A program made the position numbers and the translations under genes. Positions 48,808-64,000 of a stretch of DNA of 64,000 nucleotides are shown piece by piece (within the stretch, counting starts at the first letter, position 1; every line of letters begins with the position of its first letter). The DNA is from Eledone cirrhosa. Its lineage: Eukaryota. The DNA is taken from the NCBI GenBank assembly GCA_964016885.1, contig OZ024747.1, positions 27,032,001-27,096,000 on the forward strand, given 5' to 3'. Under the pieces are notes generated by a model, which was given only the letters and a program-made list of their open reading frames with translations, was not told where the DNA came from and made no database searches.

Positions 48808-49856
48808 ATATGTGACCGGTGCTCTGGTGCAATAAGTAGCAGCAAGTGCCCACAGAATACTAGCTCATTCCATTGCACAGATGGTTCTATAGAAATAGTG
48901 GACACCTTCCGTTACCTGGGTGACAAAATTAGCAGTGGTGGAGGGTGCTCTGAAAGTACAGTAGCTAGAGTCAGAACGGGATGGAAAAATAGAGCTTATA
49001 CCACTATTAGCCGCTAAAGGGTTCTCTCTAAAAATGAAAGGCAGGCTGTATGATGCCTGCATACGAACAGCAATGTTACATGGCAGTGAGACCTGGGCAT
49101 TGTGTGCAGAGGATATATGCAGACTGGAGAGGAACGAAGCTTGCATGCTCCGCTGGATGTGTAATAGTAATATACGTGAACGGCAAAGCATAAATGAACT
49201 AAGGGAGAAATTAGGAATAAGAGGGATCAGATGTTGTTTACTCGAGAGAAGACTACGTTGGTATGGTCACGTGATGCGCATGAAAGACGACAGCTGTATA
49301 AAAAAGTGCAGGGCGATAAAAATAGACAGTAGCCACGGAGTAGGCAGACCCAGAAAAACCTGGGACGACTTGATAAATTCCGACCTCACACACTTACACC
49401 TCTCCAAGACAATGTCACTGGACCGAGATCTTTGGCGCTACACAGTAATACAGAAGACCCGTCTTGCGTAAGTGCAAAGCGAAACCTACAGTCAGTAGGC
49501 ACCTCTTAACAAAAATACACCCCGTCCCACTACCCCCACCCCATCCACACCACCCCTTTCGATGTAAAGTTATGTTGGTACCACAACATCCAGTCCGAAA
49601 TAAATGAGGTCGTGTAGGTGTCACGACAAAAAAACACACAGTCCACGCTGTAATGTGGCCGTGTAGGTAACACGGTAAAAACCTCCAGTCCACACTGTAA
49701 ATGTGGTTGGTGTTAGGAAGGGCATCCAGCCATAGAAAACCCGCCAGACAGTCCTATACGAGCAAGAAAACCAATCTTGTCTCAAGTGGGAAAATTCCCG
49801 TCCAAACCCATGCAAGCGTGGAAGATGGACGTTAAACGATGATGATGATGTTGATG

Positions 49857-49858
<2 letters not shown>
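48808..49858 (+). mobile_element. 5'-truncated RTE LINE with 3' UTR and (GAT)n tail
   Basis: Nearly identical to 14035-15086. Confidence 0.92.
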
Positions 49859-49894
<36 letters not shown>

Positions 49895-50151
49895 TATATA
49901 TATATCATGTGAGTAGAGCATACAAGTTATTGAAAAGTGACAATGACTTCGAAATTTCAGGTATTGTTTCATCTGGCTGCTATATATATTCATAAATAGA
50001 ATATTTTTTTTTGTCGTGGAGCGGAAGGATACCATAAGTTAAATAAGGTGCTCAATACATCAAGTCATGAGGGTACTATTTAAATTTATATTTCAAATAC
50101 AAATGACTTCTGCAGGTCCAGCTATTTTTTTCTGTTGTGAAATCACCAGGT

Positions 50152-50184
<33 letters not shown>

Positions 50185-50313
50185 GTTTAACGTCTATCTT
50201 CCATAATATTTAAAGAAGAAATTTATAGTTTACTTGAAGTATTGTGTATGGAATAAAGAATTTGAAGTTTGAAAACCACGACAATGTGGGTTTGGATGGA
50301 AAAAATCAATCGT

Positions 50314-50544
50314 AAGAAACAGGTTGTTTTTTTACCTTAATTTATTCATATGTCCTGATTTTTCGAGATTAATATCTCTTCTTCTGAGGAAAATAAAAGA
50401 ACTATTCCAGTGTCCGATGTGGCTTGCTGTTCCATGGCCACATCAAACATTGGAATAGTTCCTTCATTTTCCCCAGTCGAGATATTAATCTCGAAATATC
50501 AGGACATCTGAATAAATTAAAGTAAAAAAACAACCCTGTTTCTT
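50314..50544. repeat. About 65-bp imperfect inverted repeat with a 100-bp spacer
   Basis: 50314-50378 pairs with 50479-50544. Confidence 0.75.
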
Positions 50545-50610
50545 GCAATTATACCGTCTAACCCATGTTAGCGTGGAAGAATGGACATAAAACGGTGATG
50601 ATGATGATGA

Positions 50611-52824
<2,214 letters not shown>

Positions 52825-52825
52825 T

Positions 52826-53367
52826 CTAAGGCGGGTAAAATTCCCGAGATCCATGGACGAGTTCTCTCCAGCGGTCTCTGTCCCTCATCATCGCTGCCAT
52901 GTCCTGCATCTCCAACAGACCAATGTCTGTCCTTAGGGCATCAACATACGTTAACCTTGGTCTTCCTCTTCCAGTGTGTCCATGTAGGGGCTCCCAAAAG
53001 AGCACTGAGTGTAATGTCAACTCTGGATGTCGGTGAGCATGTCCAGCTAACCTCAGTCTCCTCTGTGTCACTTTTGAGCTGACTTTTGGGATGCTCCCAT
53101 ACAGCTCTGAGTTTTTCATCCTCAGTGTATACTGATTGGGAATACGGAAGATGATGTGGTTGAGAGGAAGAGCAAGGCCTGGGCAGCGTGCCACAGCTTG
53201 AGATCGGTGTGGAAGTCGAACCTTCGTAGAGACCTGAAAATCCGCCTCTTCATTGCTGTAGTGGAGTCTGTGCTGCTGTATGGGTCTGAGACTTGGACAC
53301 TGACCAAGAAACTCACTCGGATGGTGGATGGGTGCTACACGAGAATGTTGAGGATGGCTCTGAACAT
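52826..53367 (-). mobile_element. Second RTE-like family, twin-priming-type inverted copy
   Basis: 52826-53137 (-) runs NQYTLRMK...FYPP*. 53138-53367 (+) runs GNTEDD...RMALNI, the segment that directly precedes it in the 44574 copy. Confidence 0.88.
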
Positions 53368-53791
53368 ATGTGTATATATATATGTATATGTGTATATATA
53401 TATATATGTATATATATTTTATATATATATATATATATGTATATGTGTGTATATGTATTATATGTATGTGTATATATATATATATTAAGTTCATTAAAAA
53501 TTCACATATCACACAGAATTTATTACTCCTCACCTCTGTGGTAGCAGACGGGTGGCAGTCTTTAATGGCATAGGAGTATCTATAATGGAGGAATTTATGT
53601 CACCACCACAAGCCGCGCACCCACATTGGTCCTGCCTACTGAAACCCGCAATGGTTTGCAATGATGAGCTTGTTATTCGGAGATGGTCTACAGCAACGAT
53701 AACATGTATTTCACGGCAGTCTTCAAATCAAATATTTTCTCTAGTCTCTGTTTGCCATAATTCCTTTACTGATTAACTAATTATGCAATCC

Positions 53792-53853
53792 ACACCTGAT
53801 GATGTCGCCAAGATCTTACATAACCAGGCCATTGAAATATACATATATAGTGT
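53792..53853 (+). ncRNA. Type I hammerhead motif within an unclassified repeat (about 53486-54040)
   Basis: ACAC CTGATGA TGTCGCC...GGCCATT GAA ATATA-CA-TATAT A GTGT. Helix II is imperfect. Confidence 0.6.
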
Positions 53854-54045
53854 TTTTTGCAATAATATAACTTTAAAGGAATAATACCAGTCTGGCTTCC
53901 TATTTTTTTAATCAAATTATTATTTAAATCTGTCCATGCACCAGCGATAGGATTCAACAGCAACGATGGATAAGTTGCGTAACATAACGTGCTTTTCCTA
54001 CTTTACTATCAGATCATTTTTAACTAAACGGAATAACCAGTTCAT

Positions 54046-54205
54046 AGGCACGAATTGGCAGAGTTGTTAGAAAGTCGGCTAGAATGCTTTATGGTATTTG
54101 TTCCAGCTCTCTGCTTTCTGAGTTCAAATCCTGCCGAGGTCAACTTTGCCTTTCATCCTTTCAAAGTCGATAAAAAAAAAGTACCAGTCTAGTTCTGGGG
54201 TCGAT
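54046..54205 (+). mobile_element. tRNA-derived SINE with a Nin/Deu-like domain (octopus-type)
   Basis: A box TGGCAGAGTTG, B box GAGTTCAAATCC, then GCCTTTCATCCTTTC..GTCGATAAA..AGTACCAG. Confidence 0.8.
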
Positions 54206-54529
54206 CCTCCCTCTATATATCTTTCTCATTTCTTCTCTCACTTTCTATTTTTTTTTGGAAGAAATCTGTTGTATTTAGGCCTGGAGAGGGATGGGCTCTG
54301 CCAGGCTTAAAATGCCCAGCAAACACTGTATGTCAATACGAAGCCCCTATGACTATCAAGAGTTAAGGGACATACAAAAAAACAAAAAAAAAAAACTGAT
54401 GAGTTCTATCCATTGGTAAACCACAAAATGTGTGTGTATATATATATGTGTGCGTATGTGTATGTGTGTAAAATGATGATGATGATATGTATGTGTACAC
54501 ACACACACACAGACACATATATATATATA

Positions 54530-54838
54530 CTTACAGTAAATATTGATGCAATTCAATTCAAGCACTCTACGTACTTTTTCCACATAGGAATGGCGGAGTA
54601 TATTTAGAATAAGAAAACTTCATTACATAATAAGGTTACATTCTCTTTGTCCGTTCCCTTGTTGGTTTAGTTTGGATTGCCTTGAGAATGTAACCTTATT
54701 ATGTAATAAAGCTGTCTGATGAGATCATGGCACTGGTTGCGCGGAATTGTAAGGCCACTGTCGTCATTGAAATATGTATCGCAGCCTCATCAATAAAGGC
54801 CTTTAACATTTGCAACTACTTTACATTTTCTTATTCTA
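54530..54838. mobile_element. PLE-type asymmetric palindrome with an internally deleted left arm
   Basis: 54605-54617 is the reverse complement of 54826-54838, and 54618-54645 is the reverse complement of 54684-54711. 54530-54604 is single-copy. Confidence 0.6.
54711..54785 (+). ncRNA. Type I minimal hammerhead ribozyme
   Basis: GCTGT CTGATGA GATCATGGCA...TGTCGTCATT GAA ATATGTAT C GCAGC, with an AUC triplet. Confidence 0.8.
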
Positions 54839-54865
54839 TATATGTATGTATATATATATATCCCA

Positions 54866-56340
54866 CCTTGCCTATGTACAAAGCGAAACCTACAGTCAGT
54901 AGGCACCTCTTAACCAAATATACACCCCAATCCACTACCCTTACTCCATCCTCCCACCAAGACCACCCTTTCTCTGTAAAATTGGTACCACAACACACAG
55001 TCCAAATTAATAAGTTAATGAGATCGTGTAGGTGTCATGACAAAAAAACACACAGCCCACACTGTAATGTGGCCGTGTAGGTAACACGGTAAAAAGTTCC
55101 CAGTTCACACTGTAAATCTGGTTGGTGTTAGGAAGGGCATCCAGCCATAGAAAACCTGCTGGATAGTCCTATACGAGCGATACACGGTCACCTGACCAAC
55201 CTTGCCTCAAATTAGGACAACTCCCGTCTAACCAATACTAGCGTGGAAGATGGACGTTATGTTTGGTTAAGAGGTGCCTACTGACTGTAGGTTTCGCTTT
55301 GTACATAGGCAAGGCGGGTCTTCTGTATTACTGCGTAGCGCAAAAGGTCTCGGTCCAGTGACATTGTCTTAGAGAGGTGCAAGTGTGAAAGGTCAAAATT
55401 TATCAGATCGTCCCAGGTTTTTCTGGGTCTACCTACTCCGTAACTACCATCAATTTTGATCGCCCTGCACTTTTTTATACAGCTGTCGTCTTTCATGTGC
55501 ATCACGTGACCATACCAACGTAGTCTTCTCTCAAGTAAACAGCATCTGATCCCTCTTATTACTAATTTCTCACTTAGTTCATTTATGCTTTGCCGTTCAC
55601 GTATATTACTATTACACATCCAACGGAGCATGCATGCTTCGTTCCTTTCCAGTCTGCACAGGTCCTCTTCATGTAATGCCCATGTCTCACTGCCATGTAG
55701 CATTGCTGTTCGTATACAAACATCATACAATCTGCCTTCCATTTTTAGAAAGAAATCTTTTGTGGCCAACAGCGGTATAAGCTCTCTCAACTTTTTCCAT
55801 CCCATTCTGACTCTGGCTACTGTACTTTCAGAGCACCTCCACTACTGCTGATTTCGTCACCCAGGTAACGGAAAGTGTCCACTATTTCTATAGAACCATC
55901 TGGGCAATAGAAGGAGCTAGTATCCTGTGGGCACTTGCTACTTATTGCACCTGAGCATCGGCCACATATAAAATCTACGTTCTTAGATAGTTTACCTGTG
56001 ATCCCACTACATCATTATGTACCCATACTTTGCATTTGGGACATAAAATGGAATTTCTGTCTACTCCTTTCCTACACACTCAGCATGACCATTTCCCCGA
56101 GGGAATCAATTCGCTCTCTGATTAGTTGCGCTATAACTCTTTCTGTGACCTTCATGACCTGGTCAACTAACTTAATGCCTCTATAGTTTCCCCAATCTAG
56201 AGCATCCTCTTTACCCTTGTAGCAGTTAATGATGATGCTGCTACGCCAGTCTTTTGGTATGACCCCATTCTTTGATTGCCTTACTTATGCTACCTTTAAC
56301 TTGCACTGCTGGTCCTTCTACTGGATCGATTTGGGGCAGT
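54866..56340 (-). mobile_element. Rearranged RTE: body on - with internal deletions, 3' UTR inverted (54866-55259, +)
   Basis: ORF 55278-55805 is the RT C-terminus. The RT core is deleted near 56100. About 55 bp is duplicated in inverted orientation. Confidence 0.85.
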
Positions 56341-56372
56341 ATGTATATATATATATATATGTATATATATGT

Positions 56373-58669
56373 ATCATCATCATCATTATCATCACCGTTT
56401 TACGTCTGTTCTTCCACGCTAGCATGGGTTAGACGGGTTGTCCTGTTGTGGGCAGTGTCTGGTCGGCTGACCATGCCTTGCTCATACAGGAACTGATTTG
56501 GCTTGATTTCTACAGCTGGATGCCTTTCCTAAAACCAACCTCATTTACAGTGAGTGCTGGGTGCTTTTTCGTGGCGCCTACACGTCCACTTTACAGTGTG
56601 GGCTGGGTGCTTTTTTGCCGTGGCACCTCCACGACCACCTTGCAGTGAGAGGGTGTTGGGTCATATTGTCTATATGCTTCAGCTTGTACCCATGGGAGGT
56701 CGGGTACTCTGGATTACTGCGTGACGCCAGAGGTCACGGTCGTGTGTCATCGCCTTTGAGAGGTGTAATTGGGTAAGGTTGGCTTTTATCACCTCATCCC
56801 AGGTCATCTTGGGTCTCCCCACTCTGCGGTTTCCATCGACTTCTAGTGCTCTGCACCTTTTTATGCAGTTGTCATCCTTGATACGCATCACATGTCCATA
56901 CCAACGCGACCACCTCTCCTGCACACAGCATTTGATTCCTCTTATGCTCAGTCTCTCTCCCAATTCATTTATGCTTTGTCGTTCGCGTATGTTACTATTA
57001 CACATCCAACGGAGCATGCAGGCTTCGTTTCTCTCTAATATATGTAAGTCTGCCACCTTCAGCGCCCAGGTCTCACTACCATGCAACATCGCTGTTCGGA
57101 TACACGCATCATACAGTCTGCCTTTCATTTTGAGGGAGAAGCCTTTTGCAGCTAGCAGTGGTAATAGTTCCCTGAATTTCTTCCATCCCGTTCTTACCCT
57201 AGTTATTGTACTTTCTGAACACCCACCTGCGCTGCTAATTTGGTCACCTAGGTAGCAGAAGCTGTCTACTGTTTCTACAGAGCCCTCCCAGAGATTGGTG
57301 GTACTTGTTTCCTGTGGCTGTTTGTTGCTTGCTGTCTCAGTACAGCTGCTGCATGTGAATCCTACATTCTTAATTAAGCTTCCTGAGATCCCGCTACATC
57401 TCTTGTGTACCCATTGTTTGCATTTGGGGCAGAGAATGGAGTTCCTACCTACACCTTTCCTATATACTGAGCAAGGCCATTTCCCTGAGGGGATCTGGGT
57501 TCTGTTTTCTCGTCTACTTACAAGGACCTTAGTCTTTATCATGTTGACTTTGAGACCCTTTCTTTCTAGTCCCTGCTTCCAAATTTGGAATTTCTTCTCT
57601 AGTTCTACCATAGATTCAGCTATAAGTACGAGGTCATCAACATACAGGAGTTGCCATGGGCATCCGGTCTTAAACTCCTCCGTTATTGCCTGCAGGACTA
57701 TGATGAACAGGAGAGGGCTAAGAATAGAGCCCTGGTGGACCCCAACCTGTATGCTAAATTCCTTGCTATACTCATTGCTAATCCTAACTTTACTGACTGC
57801 TCCCCTATACATGGCTTGTACAGTTTTCACAAGCCATTCATCTACTCCTAGTTTTCTAAGAGCCCACCTGATTACAGCACGTGGAATTCTGTCAAAAGCT
57901 TTCTCGCGATCGACGAATGCCAGGTAGAGTGGCTTACTTTTAGCTAGGTGCTTTTCCTGTAACTGCCTCACAAGGAAGAGGGCATCAGTGGTGCCTCTTC
58001 CTGGTACAAACCCAAATTGCATCTCATCTAGTTTCACCTGGTTCCTAATCAACTGTGCTATAACTCTTTCTGTTACTTTCATGACCTGGTCCATCAGCTT
58101 TATACCTCTATAGTTTCCTCTATCGAGTGCATCACCTTTACCTTTGTAGCAGTTGACAATGATGCTACTGCACCAATCTTTTGGTATGACACCTTCTAGT
58201 ATTACCTGGTTAACAATACGTGTGGTTATAGTGTGACCTACAGACCCAGATGCCTTCAGCATCTCGGCAGCTATACCCGATGGACCGGTTGCCTTCCCCA
58301 TCTTCATATCTTTGATTGCCTTACTTACTACGTTGCTGCTGACTTGTACTGCTGGCCCCTCTATAGGGTCTACTTGGGGTAGGGTCTCTTCTTCCCATGC
58401 ATTCTCCTCATTTAGTAATCTATCATAATGACTCTTCCATGCATCTTTCTTCTCAGCACTTGTGAGGGCAAGCTCACCTTTATCATTTCCCAGATACACT
58501 TCTCTCCAATGACATCACAACTATCTCTGACACACTGCCTCGCAATCTTGAATACCTCCTGTTTCTGGTCCTCACGTTGCAAAAAATGCTTGAATTTTCT
58601 ATCCTCTGCTTCCCTCCTAGCTAAGTATACTTGTCGCCTAGCTTCCCTCTTGGTCTCTATGTAATGTAT
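56373..58669 (-). mobile_element. 5'-truncated RTE LINE, long open RT frame (56679-58499), 3' UTR and (GAT)n tail
   Basis: 606-aa ORF with YVDD. Sister copy of 32446-34485. Confidence 0.95.
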
Positions 58670-59086
58670 ATGTATGTATATATGTATGTATGTATGTATG
58701 TATATATATATGTATGTATATATATATATGTATGTATATATATATATGTATGTATATATATATATGTATGTATATATATATATATGTATGTATATATATA
58801 TATATGTATGTATATATATATGTATGTATATATATATGTATGTATCTATATATGTATATATATATCTGTATATATATATATATGTCTGTATATATATATA
58901 TATGTATGTATATATACATATATATGTATGTATATATACATATGTATGTATATATACATATGTATGTATATATATATATGTATGTATATATACATATGTA
59001 TGTATATATATATATGTATGTATATATATATATGTATGGATGTATATATATGTATGGATGTATATATATATATGTATGTATATATA

Positions 59087-59716
59087 TTTTCTTTCTCTTA
59101 ATTTCGAGTATATTTTTTTGACCGGCCACCTTCCTGGTGGCAAGGTTGTAAAAGAAAAGAAATTGTCATCCCTTGAATCGCAAGAATGTTTTGCAAATTT
59201 TGAAGGTGCCAGCTATCGCAGCCATTTGTAGACTATGAATTAGGGAGCTGCGCTTTTTGTCCACAAATCCAAGTTCGGTCATACTTTGGTCCAAGCGGGT
59301 TGGTATATAACCCGTAGCACCAATAATGATGGGTATGAAGCTAAAGGTGTATCTTGGATACTGGATTTGTAAACTCCTCATCAATGGTCCGTAGATGTCC
59401 TCCTTCTCCTGTATTTTTCTGACAACGTTTACATCAAGTGGGCAGCTGATCTCCACAACAGAACACGTTTTCAATGTGTGGTCCCAAACTACAATATCAG
59501 GCCGGTTGTGCTTTAATTTGGTGGCAGTTTTTATTTTCAGTTTCCACCAGTATTCCTTAGTGCCATCTGTCTCAATATATTCTTCCTCGTTTGTTGTTGA
59601 TTTTGTTTTCCGAAGTGCGTTCCAGATAGTTCTAGCTATCCCATCGTGTCTCATGGGGAGGTAGTAGCGAGATGACATTCTTTCGCAGCTGGCAACAATG
59701 TGGCTTACATCCTCGT
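59087..59716 (-). mobile_element. R4/Dong-type non-LTR element 3' end (restriction-like endonuclease)
   Basis: HIVASC (end of the CCHC motif), [25 protein letters not shown] and PIIIGATG. Confidence 0.8.
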
Positions 59717-59798
59717 ATGTATGTATATATATATGTATGTATATATATATGTATGTATATATATATGTATGTATATATATATATATATGTATGTATAT

Positions 59799-59839
<41 letters not shown>

Positions 59840-59963
59840 TATATATGTATGTATATATATATATAAATATGTATATATATGTATGTATATATGTATATAT
59901 ATATATATGTATGTATATATATGTTTGTTGTATATATATGAATGTTTATATATATGTATGTAT

Positions 59964-60004
<41 letters not shown>

Positions 60005-60042
60005 TATGTATGTATATATATATATATATGTATGTATGTATG

Positions 60043-60073
<31 letters not shown>

Positions 60074-60300
60074 GTATGTATATATATATATATGTATGTA
60101 TATATATATATGTATGTATATATATATATGTATGTATGTATATATATATGTATGTATATATATATGTATATATATGTATATATATATGTATATATATATA
60201 TGTATGTATATATATGTATATATATGTATGTATATATATGTATATATATATATATGTATGTATATATATATGTATATATATATATATGTATATATATATA

Positions 60301-62385
60301 CTCTTTTACCCTTTTACCTGTTTCAGCCATCCGGCTGAGGCCATGCTGGGGCACCGCCCTTGTTGCTACACATTTTATCTCCAGCCCGTATAGGTTGGCC
60401 ACTGGTGTAGGAGGGAGTTTGTTGCTGCTGCCCTTAGGTTTCCCTCGTGTCTTGCTGTGGGCTCATCCGGGATCCTGGATAACAAGGTGTCGAGATGTTT
60501 CTTAAAGACATCCACCTCCACGTCATGCAAGTCTCGCAGATGCCTCGGCAGCCTGTTGAAGAGTTGAGGGCCCTTGAATCCCAGGCTATTGCAATACCTG
60601 CTCCTTATTCTAGATGTGGAAGACGGGACCTTTGGCACCACACAGTGACGTCCTGTTCGACGGTTGGTCCAGCTCCCAATGCCAAAGTTTGGTGCTAGTC
60701 CCTCCAGGATTTTCCACATGTAGATCACTGCGTATCTCTCCCGTCTTCGCTCCAAGGAGTAGAGGTTCAGTTCCTTCAGCCTCTCCCAGTAGCTTGTCTC
60801 CCTCATCTTGGCAATCCTCTTGGTGTAGCTTTGCTGGATTGCCTCAAGCTCTGTGGTTAGTTTGACACTATGGGGTGACCACAGCTGGGAGCAGTAGTCC
60901 AGGCGGCTTAGGACAAAAGTCCTCCACAGTGTCAACATGGTGTCTCGATCTCTTGTAAGGAAAGTCCTCAAGATCCAGCCAGCGAATCGTCTACATGCTG
61001 TCGCCACCTTCATGATGTGTGAAGAAAAAGATGCATCATCGCTCATGTCTCTGCCCAGGTCTCGTATCGATTTTGACACGGGGATATCGGTCCCTCCTGG
61101 TCCTGTGTAGCTGTGTTCCGCTATATTTGTGTTTGTGTTTGCAGGTTTGTATTGTAGGGCTTGGAATTTTCCAGCATTAAACTGCATGTTGTTTTCTTCC
61201 GCCCATCTGTATATGGCATCCAGATCCTGCTGTAAGAGGGCAGCGTCAGCCGGGTTTTTGATTGCCTGTGCTACCTTAGTGTCATCAGCATAGCTAGTGA
61301 GGGATGTTGTTGCATGCACCACAGAGGGCATGTCCGAGAGAGCCACCAAAAACAGTAGTGGTCCCAGGACTGTCCCCTGAGGCACCCCACTTGTTATCGG
61401 TGTTTCCCTCGAGAGGGCCCCATTTGCTGCGACTGCCTGGCTTCTGTCCCTCAGGAAGCCATGCAGCCACTCACCTACTTTTCCAGTTATGCCGAGTCCG
61501 TGTAGTTTGTGACATATCATTCCGTGGTCGACCTTGTCAAAGGCCTTCGCAAAGTCAAGATATATCACGTCTACATGTGAGCTGTCTAGTAGTTGTCTCA
61601 GTACCCAGTCGTAGTGATGTAGCAGCTGTGTAAGGCAGCTTCTTCCTGGGCGGAAGCCATGTTGCGTGCTAGTCAGACGGTCATTTTCTTCGAGGAAAGT
61701 GATTAGTTTCTTTCTGACGACTTGCTCCATGACCTTACTGATATGCGACGTCAGGGAGACTGGCCTATAGTTCTTGGCCTCCGCTCTACTACCTCCTTTA
61801 TGGATAGGGCATATTGTGCCTTCTTTCAGCTCCCTGGGTAGTACACCGCTAGCCAAGGAGCTTCTGAAGAGCATCTTCAGTGGAGTTGCTAAGGCCCGCT
61901 TACATATTTTTAGGAGAACTGCTGGGAATCCATCAGGTCCAGCAGCCGAGTCTGTTCTAATTTCATCAATGGCGTACACCACATCCTCTTCCGTTATGTC
62001 TATGTGGTTGATGGTTGCCATTTCCTGATGTAGTGTTGTGGCATCAAAGAACTCCTCTGGCTTCGTTATTTGCATGTGCCTCAGTGGACATGTGAAGACA
62101 CTTTTGTACTGTTCGTTCAGTATTTCACATATCTCTTGGGGATTTTCGGTTAATGAACCGTCCGTGTGGAAGAGTGGTCCAATCTTGCAGTGTACTGAGG
62201 CAGTTTCTTTTGCAAATTTAAAGAAGGCCTTAGGGTTTGTTTTAATGTTTTCTATGGCCCTGTTCTCTTTCCTTGCCCTCTCATTCTCATGTGAAAGCTT
62301 GAGTGCAATCTCGGTGTCAAGTAGTGCACGTTTCAAATGGGATTCCTTCTTGTTTTGGTTTTGTTGACTATTCAACTGGTTTGAT
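60301..62385 (-). mobile_element. CR1-group LINE, 5'-truncated, intact 666-aa RT frame (60375-62375)
   Basis: AAGPDG, NYRPVSLTS, QHGFR, YLDFAKAFDKV, SGVPQGTVLGP and YADDTK. TAAAAG(G/A)G 3' repeats. Confidence 0.95.
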
Positions 62386-62407
62386 ATGTATATATATGTA
62401 TATGTAT

Positions 62408-62539
62408 ATTTCGTTTCTGAATTTGTTTAGCAAGATTCTTTATCTGAAATCGTGTGTTGAAACCGATATTGTTATACTTTGGGAGGGTCATGTTGCCAAT
62501 GCTTATTGGCAACATGACCCTCCCAAAGTATAACAATAT
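62408..62539 (-). mobile_element. Miniature PLE palindrome: about 58-bp tail, perfect 35-bp arms and a 4-nt loop
   Basis: 62466-62500 pairs with 62505-62539. It is homologous to 21118-21215 with the same breakpoint. Confidence 0.85.
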
Positions 62540-62583
62540 GTATATGTATATATATATGTATATATATATGTATATATATATGT

Positions 62584-62615
<32 letters not shown>

Positions 62616-62617
62616 GT

Positions 62618-62649
<32 letters not shown>

Positions 62650-62651
62650 GT

Positions 62652-62685
<34 letters not shown>

Positions 62686-62710
62686 ATATGTGTATATGTA
62701 TATATATATG

Positions 62711-62770
<60 letters not shown>

Positions 62771-63242
62771 TGTATATATATGTATATATATATATATGTA
62801 TATATATGTATATATATATGTATATATATGTGTATATATATGTATATATATATGTATATATATATGTATATATATATGTATATATATATATATGTATATA
62901 TGTATATATATATGTATATATATATATATGTATATATGTATATGTATATATGTATATATGTATATATATATGTATATATATATGTATATGTATGTATATG
63001 TATATGTATATATATATGTATATGTATATGTATATGTATATATATATATGTATATGTATATATATATGTATATGTATATATATATGTATATGTATATATA
63101 TATGTATATGTATATATATATATGTATATGTATATATATATGTATATGTATATATATATGTATATGTATATATATATGTATATGTATATATATATATGTA
63201 TATGTATATATATATGTATATGTATATATGTATATGTATATA

Positions 63243-63277
<35 letters not shown>

Positions 63278-63368
63278 ATATATGTATATGTATATATGTA
63301 TATGTATATATATATGTATATGTATATATATATGTATATGTATATATATATATATGTATATATATATG

Positions 63369-63401
<33 letters not shown>

Positions 63402-63454
63402 GTATATATATGTATGTATATATATGTATATATATATATGTATATATATATATG

Positions 63455-63499
<45 letters not shown>

Positions 63500-63520
63500 G
63501 TATATGTATATATATGTATG

Positions 63521-63559
<39 letters not shown>

Positions 63560-63580
63560 GTATATATATGTATATATATG

Positions 63581-63611
<31 letters not shown>

Positions 63612-63754
63612 GTATATATATGTATGTATATATATGTATATATATATATGTGTATATATATATATGTGTATATATATATATGTGTATATATATATATGTG
63701 TATATATGTGTATATATATGTATATATATATATATGTGTATATATATATATGTG

Positions 63755-63785
<31 letters not shown>

Positions 63786-63858
63786 GTATATATATATATG
63801 TGTGTATATATATATGTGTATATATATATGTGTATATGTATATATGTATATGTATATA

Positions 63859-63891
<33 letters not shown>

Positions 63892-64000
63892 ATGTATATA
63901 TGTATATATGTATATATATATATATATATATATGTATATGTATATATATATATATGTATATATATATGTATATATATATGTATATATATATGTATATATA
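62540..64000. repeat. (TA)nTG microsatellite running to the window end (similar tracts at 58670-59086 and 59717-60300)
   Basis: Directly visible. Confidence 0.97.

Overview
Animal genomic DNA, probably an octopod/coleoid cephalopod (inferred from the SINE and RTE types and the huge AT/GT microsatellite load). The only host coding sequence I can support is an exon of a diacylglycerol-kinase-theta-like gene (ATG 3816, first half of a C1 domain, GT donor at 4069). The rest looks like one intron of at least 60 kb filled with (TA)n-type tracts and retroelements: about 8 RTE LINE copies, a second RTE-like family, CR1-group LINEs, an R4/Dong-type fragment, a full-length degenerate Tigger, a Helitron 3' end, tRNA SINEs, MITE-like hairpins and many Penelope-like element (PLE) pieces. 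The long (IY)n/(YMCV)n ORFs are microsatellite artefacts. Points that go beyond routine annotation: (i) about 10 hammerhead-ribozyme (HHR) motifs plus 3 variant cores, nearly all tied to PLE-type termini; (ii) a recurring 'asymmetric palindrome + single-copy tail' insertion structure in several unrelated families; (iii) an 8.8-kb microsatellite/PLE block bounded by a 22-bp duplication inside an RTE that has no TA tract at that site in its sister copy; (iv) predicted HHR cleavage ends that match the repeat units of the local microsatellites; (v) a PHD finger inside the RTE reverse transcriptase. All folds and alignments were done by eye.
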